DNA of 64,000 bases from Blastocladiella emersonii ATCC 22665 (Eukaryota > Fungi > Blastocladiomycota), in contig JANHCV010000002.1 in NCBI GenBank assembly GCA_025594325.1, positions 1,364,001 to 1,428,000 on the forward strand, given 5' to 3'. The notes beneath the pieces were generated by a model that was not told the origin of the DNA, ran no database searches, and saw nothing but the letters and a program-made list of their open reading frames with translations. The position numbers and the translations under genes are program-made. Positions within the stretch are counted from its first letter, which is position 1. Each line of letters opens with the position of its first letter. Of the stretch, positions 12,271-22,097 are shown piece after piece.

Positions 12271-12318
12271 TGCGAGACGCGTCGAACTATCACATGATCT
12301 CACGCCCCGGTGCGAGAC
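12271..12318. promoter_or_regulatory. Candidate cis-element cluster in the TTLL/ChaC divergent promoter
   Basis: TGCGAGAC at 12271 and 12311, and ATCACATGATCTCACGCC at 12289-12306, which is 16/18 identical to 34719-34736 upstream of the dynein gene. Function inferred. Confidence 0.4.
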
Positions 12319-12585
12319 GTGTCTTCGTCGTCCCTCGCCGGCTTGCGCGAGTGGTCCGTCAACGCTGCTCCATCGGCCAGGCCATCACGTCCGCCGTGGC
12401 CGTGGAAGCCACCATGAGTCGCTTTCGAAAGCGATTACGTGATTGGCCAGCCTGGCTCGCGTCAGGGCCGCCGATCGCGCCATGGCGACTCGAAGCCCCG
12501 CCGTTCGCGCGCCACCGATCCTCGCTCTCCTTGACAACCGAGCGCCTGGCCGCTCTCCATGCATCTCGATTGAACGCCTCTTGCA

Positions 12586-13394
12586 ATGTGGATCTTTGGC
12601 TACGGCAGTCTCATCTGGAAGGTCGACTTCCCCGTGGCCGAGCGGTAAGCACCATCGCGCCGAGGACAAGTCGCCGCGGCAGCTTACGCGGCTAGCGCGT
12701 GCGGGTGTAGGGTACCGGGCGTGATCCGAGGCTACGTGCGCCGGTTCTGGCAGGGCAGCCACGACCACCGCGGCGTGCCGGGCGCGCCGGGCCGCGTCGT
12801 CACGCTGATCCCGTACGACGAGTGGAAGGGCATGACGGACGAGGTTCGTGTGATCTCGCTGCCGACGTACCCGAGAGAGCAACTACTCACACCCGCACTA
12901 TCACCGAGTAGTTCCGCGACGAGGCCGACTCGGTGACATGGGGCGTGGCGTACCGGATCCCGGACGACAAGGTGGACGAGGTCAAGGCGCACCTGGACCA
13001 CCGCGAAAAGGACGGGTACACGGTGCACGAGGTGGACGTGTTCCGCTCCCTCAAGGACGACACGCCGGCCGTGACGCGCGCGCTGTGCTACATGGGCACG
13101 ACGCAGAACGAGTCGTTCCACGGGCACAAGCCGCTCGACGCGCTCGCCGAGCAGATCTACCGCGCGCGCGGGCCGTCGGGCCCCAACGACGAGTACCTGC
13201 TCAACCTCGCCAAGGCGATGCGCGACCTCAAGCCCGACGCCGTCGACCACCACCTGTTCGAGCTCGAGCGCCGCGTCCTCGCGCTCCGCAAGCAGTTTGG
13301 GCCTGGCGGCGGGCCGATCAACGGGTTCGCGCCTGGCGGTATCCCTGGCGGCGATCTGGGCGAGGAGCCGGAGCATCTTGCGAATGGCAGCTGA
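12586..13394 (+). CDS. CHAC: ChaC-family glutathione-specific gamma-glutamylcyclotransferase
   Basis: [15 protein letters not shown], introns 12645-12710 and 12844-12911, [47 protein letters not shown]. Confidence 0.93.
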
Positions 13395-13460
13395 GCTGAT
13401 TGCTCTCAATTCCAATACAGCGTTGCGCGTAGTACCTTCGAGTCTATTTACACCGTTCCA

Positions 13461-13797
13461 CTAGCCCTTGCGCTGGAAGTAGGGCCGTGATGGCGCGTTG
13501 GGGTCCTTGTTCGACTTGCTCGCCGTCTCGAGCTGCGACTTGACGTAGGCGTGCAGCCGCGCCACGTTGTACTCGGGCGTCACGACGAAGATGTGCGTCT
13601 CGTCGAGCACGCGGAAGATGAACTTGTCCTTGGGCGGCAGAGTCGCGTCGTGGTTGATGAGGATCGCCGCGACGACCGGGTCCGAGCTACGCGGCGGCGA
13701 CGTCAGCGGTCTCGCCTGACAAGTCCCGTCAGCGTAAGGCCACACACCACTCAAGGATGGTGCCGGTAGTCACGGTGACGCCGCGTGGTTGTGACAT
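13461..13797 (-). CDS. TFB5: TFIIH subunit Tfb5/GTF2H5 (p8)-like
   Basis: Intron 13747-13687 (GTGTGT...CTGAC...GTAG). Spliced GTILEC|SDPVVAAILINHD...KFIFRVLDETHIFV matches the Tfb5 pattern G.LIECD...FII.DLDETH.FV. Confidence 0.78.
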
Positions 13798-13991
13798 TGT
13801 GATGCATGGATTCGCTGTGAGCGCCGACAGCGCCGATGTGTCTGTCACTCGGAAGTGACCGGGCGCGCGAAGGCGGCGGCGCGTTGTCGTCAACTCGACT
13901 CCTTCGCCCTCCGCTGCCCTGCTGCATCGATACCCTGAGCCCGGCACTCGCTACGAGCGACTGCAACGAATCAATCTGACCCAGCGCAACC

Positions 13992-14610
13992 ATGTCCGGC
14001 TTTGACCCGCGCCGCTCCGAGGCACTGCGCCAGTCGCTCGACGGTAGGCCGCGTCACACCGCCTCCCTACCCGCCCGCGCTCCCCACTGACGCGCGTCCG
14101 CCGTCGCAGACATCGAGATGATTGACCAGGAGGAGGCCGTGTTCGAGGGCTCGTACATCCCCGAGCCCGACGCGCCCGAGCTGTACGAGCAGATCCCGCA
14201 GCCCGCGTACTCTGGCGGGTTCACGCCGTCGGCGCCGGCCGGCCCGTCGCGCCCGAGCCGCCGCACCGGCGGCCACCGCGGGAGCGGGTCGTACAACGAG
14301 GGCGGCCGCAACAACCCCGCCGCCAACATGGTCCACGAGCGCTTCTTCAACTGTACGCGCTCTACGCGTCGCTTATCCCCGCTCTCGCTGACAGTCAGCT
14401 GGTGTAGCGTTCGGCGACCTGTACGACGAGGAGCTGATTGTGCCGTCGATCATCGCCGAGGCCACGGCCGCCGGCGCGTGGAACGCTGCCCAGCAGGCCC
14501 AGCAGCAGCAGCAGGGCCAGTCGTCCCCGCAGCAGGCGCAGGCCGCTGCGGCCGCGGCCGCGCGCCCCGACCCGCACTCGCAGGTCGCCACACCGACCGA
14601 GGAGAACTGA
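13992..14610 (+). CDS. Small acidic disordered protein with a CSN9/CSNAP (MYEOV2)-like motif
   Basis: Introns 14044-14109 and 14353-14407. Spliced VHERFFN|SFGDLYDEEL resembles CSNAP VHADFFNDFEDLFDDDD. TGA at 14608-14610 is in frame. Confidence 0.6.
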
Positions 14611-14732
14611 TACCGCACGCGCGTGTCTGCTGTGTACAGTCACCTCCGTGGTGATGAGCGAGAAATATCAAATGTATCGAAACTCACGACCCCTCCTCCT
14701 CCGCTGCACTCCGTGCCGCCACCGCCGATGCA

Positions 14733-16831
14733 TCACGACGAAACTCGACTCGACCCGTTCTGCGCCTGGGCAGGGGGAGAGGAAGAGGAAGAGGAGGCGT
14801 TGCGCAGCGACATCAGGACGAACAGGATGATCCCGACGGCAAACGCGAGCGCGAGGAAGTAGCACTTGCAGTGGTGGAACGTCTGCATCATGGGGCTCAT
14901 GGTCGCGACGCGCTCGGGGCTCGGGTAGCACGCCTCGCACAGCGCGTCGTCGTCGACGAACACGACCACGGGCAGCGCCGCCGCCACCGAGTTCTCGCTG
15001 TTCCCGCCGCCCACACCGTCGGCCCCGTCGCCCGACGGCTCACCCGTGTACGGCGGCATCTCGAACAGCACCGCGTCCTCGGGCGTCAGCGCGTTCTCGC
15101 GGAACACGGCACGCACCTTGCTGCTCTCGAGAAAGTCGTTGTCCGTCGCGAACAGCACCATGTCGTACGTCGCAATGTCGACGCCCTCGTCCTTGCCGCC
15201 GCCTGACTCGGTGGTTGCAGCTGGCGCAGACGGAGCGGCGACCTCGGGCTCGCTCTTGATGGGCGCCGCGGTAGCGGCCGCTGCGTGCTCGCCCTCGCCG
15301 GCCTCCTCGAGAATCGTGTTGTTCTCGTTGACGGTCTTAAGCTGGTTCGCGGCCCAGATATTGAACGCCTCGGGCGACTGGTTCGAGTTGCTGAGCGAGA
15401 GCGCGCGGCGGCGGCGCGGCGGCGTGCGCGGGGTCGTGGTCGCCACCTCCTCGGCGGGCACGGGCACCGCGAACCGCGTCACGGTGCCCGCGGGCACCGC
15501 TACCTTGGCGCCCGGCGTCCGGTGCGTGTTGATGACGAGCGGGCCGTCGGGCGTCTTGCTCGTGATGTTGTTGCGCACAATCACCTGGCCGACCGTCTTG
15601 CGCCGCTCGAGCCCCTTGCCCTTGCCGCCGTTGCCGCCGCTGCGCGCGTTCAGGGAAACGGACCGCGGCTTGCGCGACGTCCGGTGCTCCGGCGCACTGC
15701 GCGTGCCGACGTCCCGCTCGTTCTTGGGGTTCAGCTCGCGCGTCGATGCGACCGACGACGTCGCGCTGCGCTGCCCCGACGACGCCGCGGCCGAGTTGCC
15801 GCTCGAGCTCGGGAGCAGCGAGAGCCGCCGCGTCACGTTGGCCGCGGTCGCCGACATGCGGCGCAGGACCGACCGCGAGCCGCCCGGCGATAGCCCAGCC
15901 TTAGTACCGGCGCCGGTGTTGCCCTCCTCCTCGCTGAGCTCCGTCACGAGCTGCGTCTTCATGGTCCACGTCTGCGGCGTGAGCGGGTCGACAGCCGACA
16001 TGGACCCGTTGCTCGCGGCGCCGCCTGCGGCGGCGGGCGCGGTCGACGGGCGCGCACCGTTCGTGATGATCCGCGACACGAGGCCGTTGGTCGACCGGAT
16101 TGTGCTCGTGCGGCGGCCCGCTCCCACAGCAGAGGCGGCGGCGCCCGCGCGTTCCGGGTCGCCGCCGCCGCCCGAGCTGATGACGGCGTTGGACGAGGCG
16201 CGGCGCGACGGGGGTTTCGACGGACTCGTGCCCGTGACGGACGGCGGCGGGAGGTCGGCGAGCGCGGGCACCGAGTCGGAGACCGCGGCCGTCTTGGCCA
16301 CGTTACTCGGGACGCCCGGGAGCAGCGGGTTCAGGCCGTCTTGCCCGTCCTCGCGCGGGCGCACCATGAAGTACAGGACGTTGCCGATGATGTCCGTGTT
16401 CGTCAGCGGGTTCAGGACGTGGATCCGGTGGATGAGTTTCTTGCCGAGGTACACTACACGAAGGCCGGGGTCAGCTTCTGCGCGGCGCGCAAGGCGGGTC
16501 AGCGGCAGGGCATACCCTGCGTCTGGAACAGGATCTTGTTGAGGTGATGCGCGTCGTAGTACGAGTAGAAGGCCTTCTCGGGCTGCTTGTGGTCCCACGT
16601 CTGGACGCGGGCCAGGATGAAGGCGCGCTTCTTGGTCGGCGGCGGCGGCGCGTCGGGCGCGAGGTTCTTGGGCGGCGGGCAGTCGAGCGCATGGTGGCTC
16701 TTGACCAGGTCGCCGAACGCCTCGAGGCTGAACGAGTCCTCGTAGTCGGTCGACACGCTGTCAATCACCTTGGTCCCGGCCGTGTCGAACAGCCGGATGA
16801 ACTGCGGCTCGGGCCGCTTGGGCGCGGCCAT
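14733..16831 (-). CDS. Conserved-looking hypothetical protein with a C-terminal TM anchor (possibly DUF5092-like; from memory, unverified)
   Basis: One intron at about 16514-16455. Globular N-part (FILARVQTWD...FYSYYDAHHLNKILFQTQ|VYLGKKLIHRIHVLNPLTNTDIIGNVLYF), long Ser/Ala/Arg-rich insert, YDMVLFATDNDFLES..VRAVFRENAL block, and a hydrophobic C-terminal helix. Confidence 0.75.
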
Positions 16832-17190
16832 GGTGGGCAGTCGGCGCCGAGTCGGGTGAGAGGGGTGGGTGCAGTTGATGGGTTCGCCCTCGTTTTAGGT
16901 GTGATCCATGAGGCCGAGTGCGATGCGATCAGTGCGGCGTTGACTCGGTTCGCGACGAGAGATCCATGCATCCGTTGTCTCGAGCGAGTGGCGGGGACGG
17001 GCGCGGACTCGAGAGCACACCCAGCTTCGGGCCTCGTTATTCTCGAGGCGCTGGGATACAGCGTGTGTGAGTGGAGATTCGAGGGCCAGCGGCCACGTTG
17101 GATGGGAGACACGGCCGCGGACGCGCGGAACATCTCGCGCGAGTGTCTCCCAAGCTGTCAGCCCGTGTTTCACAAGTTTCATACATTTTC

Positions 17191-18417
17191 TCAGATACTC
17201 GCAATCGTGACGCGCTTCTTCCCCTTCCCCTTGGCCTTGCGCGTCGCGGGTGACAGCTCGTCCTCGTCGTCATCCTCATCGACGACCGTGACGGGCACCA
17301 CGCGCAGCGACTTTTTCGACAGCCCGCGCTCGGCCCACTTGCGGTACGCCTCAAAGTCGCGCTCGCGCCACTCGGCCTTGATCTTGGTCGACCACGACTC
17401 GTGGTCGAGGCCCGTCGACGACTTGGAATCCGTGGACGGCGTGGACGAGGCGGGAAGCTCGGGCGCCAGGCGGTCGCACTGCGCGAGCGCGTCGAGCGCG
17501 TCGGCGTACCGCTTCTGGTGGAACCGGGCCACGGCGAGGCGCAGGTAGCACTTGTACGCGAGCGGGCCGGGCGGGTTGAGCAGGATCGCGTCTACCGGTC
17601 GCACGGGTGAGCGATGGCCACGATGGTATCGAGGCGGGGCCGATGTACCTTGTGCGCTCCCAGCGGCGTCCTCGTGCTTCCCCAGCTTGGAGAAGGCGAC
17701 GGCGCAGTTGGCGCGGTACCGCGGCTCGTGCGGGACCATCTCGGCCGCGCGGCGGTAGTACCCGAGGGCCTCGTCAAAGTCGCCCGCGCGCAGCGCCTCG
17801 TGGCCCTTGCGGTTGTCAAGCTCGGCGACCTCGGCGCGCACCGTGTCGGGAAGGTCGTCCTTGTTTTCGAGGGTGTTGGTCACGCGCACCGCCTTGGCGC
17901 TCGTTCGAGGCGCAGCGGGCGCGCGCGGCGCGACCTTGAGCTCCGAGAGCCACTCGTCGAGCTGCTTGCTCGCCTTGGCCTGCTGGTGCGCGGCGACCTC
18001 GGTGCGGCGCATCGGCTGGATCCTACATGAAAGCGGGCGATGAGTTGCCGGTCGCGACGGTACGGGTGTACTCGAGCGTACTTGGGCGCGACCTTGCCGC
18101 CGAGCTCCTCGATGCGGTTCTCGATGCAGGTCTCGAGCTCGGGGTAGATACCCTCCTTGCCCGATCTATCGTGAGCAAGTCCGTGAGTCGGGCACCGTCT
18201 CCTTGCACAACAAACCGCTCCAGTACCGAAGCACGAGCAGCAGCTTGGTCAAGTACGGCACATCGGTGCACGTTCTGACGTAGCCGTAGTCGAGGTGCTC
18301 GACGTCATATTCGTCGAGGCGCACGGGGGCCTCGTCCGGCGCGGCACCGCCCTGCTTGGTCGGGTCGGTGAACTGGGCGAGCTCCTTGAGGCCCTGCAGG
18401 TCGTTTGGCGATAACAT
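17191..18417 (-). CDS. SPAG1: SPAG1-like TPR co-chaperone (axonemal dynein assembly factor), short form
   Basis: Three introns. VEHLDYGYVRTCTDVPYLTKLLLVLR|SGKEGIYPELETCIE matches the SPAG1 N-terminal signature (IEHLDFKYIEKCSDV..LE.IL..LRSGEEG.YPEL). One three-TPR domain follows. Confidence 0.85.
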
Positions 18418-18618
18418 GTGGCGGTTTGCGGTGAGTTGCAATGTGGCACGACACGGCGTAGCGGAGAGAAGGGAGGGGATCGGCGGCGGGGTGCGGCCAC
18501 GGACGCGACGCGCCACCCACTGGAACCGCGGCGTGGTGCGTTTCATGTGACGGTTGGGGGCGCCGCTGCTCACTCCTTGTTCTCCCGCATATGGATGCTT
18601 CTCGTCGATGAAATACTC

Positions 18619-19618
18619 ATGGACTCGATGCAAAGCGACTCTCAGGTTCGCCCGATGGGCGTAGTCGAGCTCCCGTTCGATGTCCTGCGAAGCGTGCTCT
18701 CGCAGCTCGAGTTCCTGGACCGAGTCCACTTTGCCATGGTATTCGTGCTAGAATGCCTCCAGGAGATCATACGCTCAGCACGGGCACCTGTTCTAGACTT
18801 GCAGAGAGCTGTACAGTGATCTGCAGCGGGACGAGCGGTACTGGCGCGACATGTACGACCGGTTTGGTGTCTTTGCGCATGCCCCAGGCCGTCGTCGCGA
18901 AGCGATGCTGTGCAGGCAGGACGTCGCACGCCAAGGTTTGTGAGCCTCTCCCTCCGCGGACCTGCCCTTGGTGCATCGCTCACAGTCCCGTCCACGGTGT
19001 CTAGTCAAATTGAAGGCCCACTTGGCCACCGAGGGCCGCGAACAACTCTCCAACCGGCCGCACTACATTCATCCGATCCAGCTCCCGGACGACCCGGCGG
19101 GCGCGCTCTCAGTCAAACTGTGCAACATGCAGGTTATGGCATCTCGGCATTCACGTTGGGTCCGGGAATGCTGACATGGCGCACACTCGCTCGTGTAGAT
19201 TGCAGTAAACCTGCTTGTCCCGGACGGCCAGTGGGTGATTGTTGCGCGCATCCGCTTCCTTCGGCTCACGGCGCCGACCTTTCTGCGTTGGAGGATCACG
19301 GTGCGCCCGAGCGGCTACCAGCCCTACGAGGAGAGGAACGTGTATCCATTGCTCGAGACCGAGGGCTTCGCCGACTTTGACCCGTCCGACGCTGGGGGAT
19401 TCCGCTGGTTCGCGCTCACGCCGCTCGCACGCGCCAAGTCGCGCCACGAAGAAGGCTCCAGTGTGATTGATATCGCCTCGCGCACCGGCTTCGCAACGTT
19501 TTTGATCGAGCTGCTCAACCGCGATTTCGAAGACAAGGAGTCCGAGTGGCAGTTTGGCGAGGTCCGGGCGCTGAACGCCGCGAGCGCGGAGCGGTGGCTC
19601 CTCCAGAGAAATTCTTGA
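18619..19618 (+). CDS. F-box protein with an unrecognised C-terminal domain
   Basis: VVELPFDVLRSVLSQLEFLDRVHFAM|TCRELYS...YWRDMY (F-box) after removing intron 18739-18796. Two further introns join to ORF 19235-19618. GC is lower than in the flanking genes. Confidence 0.7.
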
Positions 19619-19889
19619 ATAGACATCCGGTTATGCTCTTAGCTTGGACATCAGGCAGAGGGAAGGTCGAGACCAAACGCACGAACGCGGGCACGCAACG
19701 GAACGCGTCGCGATGCGCCACGCTGGCAGGCCACGTGCAGCGGTGGCTTGGCGGGCGGGAAGCCTTCGCGCCACGCTGGCCGCTCCCACCGCCGAGAAAC
19801 GCGCGCCCTTCCCTTCTCTCCCCTCCCGCCGCACTCTAACCTGCAACGGATCAGCTCTGCATCGACACACTTGACGCGCCGTCTCAACC

Positions 19890-21927
19890 ATGGAACACAC
19901 CAACGCGCCCGGCGCCGCCAACGGCCTCTCGCTCCCGCTGCGCCTGCGCTTCCTGTCGCCGTACCGCCGCGTGCCCGTCGACCTCGCCGCGACCATCGAG
20001 TACACCCGCACCGGGAGCTCGGGCGCACTCGCTCCTGCTGACATCGCGCCGCACCGCACCGTCGGCGGGCTCATGGCCGCTCTTGCCAACGAGCTCGCCA
20101 GCGACCCTGCCGAGCCGGTCCACGTCTGCGTCGAGCGCTCCTCGTTCATCTTTGGCGGTCGGATCCTCCCCGCGGGTAGTGAGCCGCTCGTCGACGCGCT
20201 CGGAAAGGTGACCTTTCTTGTTTCCTCGCGTGCCGTGAACGCGAGAGCTCACATTCTCCCGGCAACTCTAGTTCCTCCCCGACGCCGACACGGCCGCTAC
20301 GCAGACGCAGGAGATCGTCCTGACACTCCACGCGTCGCTTCGCCTACTGCCCAACCCGCCGCGTCAGGTCGTCGCGCCAAAGCCGGTTGCGCTTCCTGTC
20401 GCGAGCACCGGCGCTAGTTCCTCCGCTTCGTGGTTCTCTCACAACCCCAGCACCGCTTCCTCTTCCTCGTCGCCGGCGCCCGTGCTTCCCGCGTTCAATG
20501 CCGCGTCGCTGCCCTCTTTTGCCTCGCTTTCGACCCAAGCCAGCAACGCGTTTGCCGCCTCGGGTCTGACCAGCCGCGCGCCCGCCCCGTCGACTGCAGC
20601 CCCGACCGGTCTCGGAAACCCTTTCTCGTTCGGCCAGATCCCGTCGACGCACGCCGATTCTTCCTCGGGAGCTTCGTCGTCGTCGTCCCACCCGTTTGCG
20701 GCTACGGCGTCGCCCTCGCCGAGCCCGCCTCCGCCTCGCTTCCCGTACGGCGGGAGCAACGGCGTCGTCCCGCCCTTCGTATACCCGGCTCCAACCGCCC
20801 TCCCCGCTGCTGCTTCATCCTCGCTCTCGTCGGCCTCGGCGCCCCCGTCATCCGCCACGCCGGCACCCTTTGTCCGTCGCCGGTCCTCGGGTACCGCCGG
20901 TCTCGGGTCCTCGGCCGCCGCGTCCGCCTTCTCGACCAGCTTCAACCCGACCTGGTCGACCGCGCACTCGACGGCTACCCGGCCAAGCACGCCGAGCCCG
21001 ACGGACGCGATCCAGTCCGTGCCGCCATCGCCGTTCGGCACTGCTCCCGCAGCCGACGCGGGCACGCTTCCGCCGTCCATTGCCGAGCCCATGCGCGCGT
21101 ACTGGGAGCAGTACCGCAACTACTACAACGACTATTACCGCAACTACTACGCCGCCCAGCTCCGCGCCATCCTCGCCGCTCACCGGGCTCAGACCCAGGC
21201 CCAGGCGGCCGCCGCAGCCGCCGCGTCGGCTTCCGCTTCTCGCCCTCCACCGACGCCGACGGTCCCCGAGCCAGCAGCGCAGCCGCGCGACGCTCCTCCT
21301 CCTCCCGCTGCTGCCGCTCCTGCACCCGCACCTGCGCCACCACGGCTGATCCTCAACGCCATTGTCCCGCCATCCTACTGGGTCGCGCACCTCGCCAACC
21401 AGTTTCGCGACGGCCGCGTCACCATCCTGTCCTTCTTCGGGATTGTCCTGCGCTGGTGTCTGTTCCAGTGGCTCTTCGGCGCGCGCGGCATGACCCAGGC
21501 CACGTTCGGCCTCGCCCTCGCCGTCGCGGGCTTCCTGTCGAGCATCGGGCTCATCGCGTGGGGCCGGCTCTGGAACGAGGGTCTCCGCGCCGCCATCGCC
21601 ATGATCCCGACGGGTATCGTCGTCGGGCCCGAGGCGCCTCCCACCGCCGCTGTGGAAGGTGATGCCCCGGCCGAGCAACAGCCGCAGACCGAGGCGGCGC
21701 CGCCAGAACAGCCGCGCACCCTCATGACGTACCTGCACGAGTCAGCCAGCGTCCTGGTCGCCTTCACGCTCAGCGCGATCCCGGGCACCCACCCGCTCGA
21801 CCCCGCGACCACCGCGTACGAGCAGATGGCCGCCATGGAGGAGCTCGAGGCCGCGGTTGCCGCCAACGCCGCTGCCCGCGGGAATGGGGCTGCGGGTGCG
21901 GGTGCGCCGCCGGCCGCCGTCGCCTGA
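19890..21927 (+). CDS. HERP/HERPUD-like ER-membrane ubiquitin-like-domain protein (ERAD)
   Basis: N-terminal UBL-like segment (SSFIFGGRIL), intron 20208-20271, Ser/Pro-rich linker, Tyr-rich YWEQYRNYYNDYYRNYYAAQ, hydrophobic hairpin, and C-terminal LVAFTLSAIPG (compare HERP F..FF.SL.P). Confidence 0.68.
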
Positions 21928-22097
21928 GCTCGGCCACGACCGTGGTCGTTTCTGCGCTGGCCGCGGATCGACCGACGCTCCTCCTTCCCCTTCGCGTGTA
22001 CACACTCTTCTTCTCCCCACCTCACCACATCCCCCTTGCGCAACGAAAAATACATCCAAAACTACAGATTGATTTATATAAAAACAACGGCAAATCA

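Noticed and set aside
12106-13394. Functional link between the divergent TTLL glutamylase and ChaC gamma-glutamylcyclotransferase
   Set aside because: ChaC yields 5-oxoproline from glutathione and has no established role in tubulin glutamylation; the adjacency is probably incidental.
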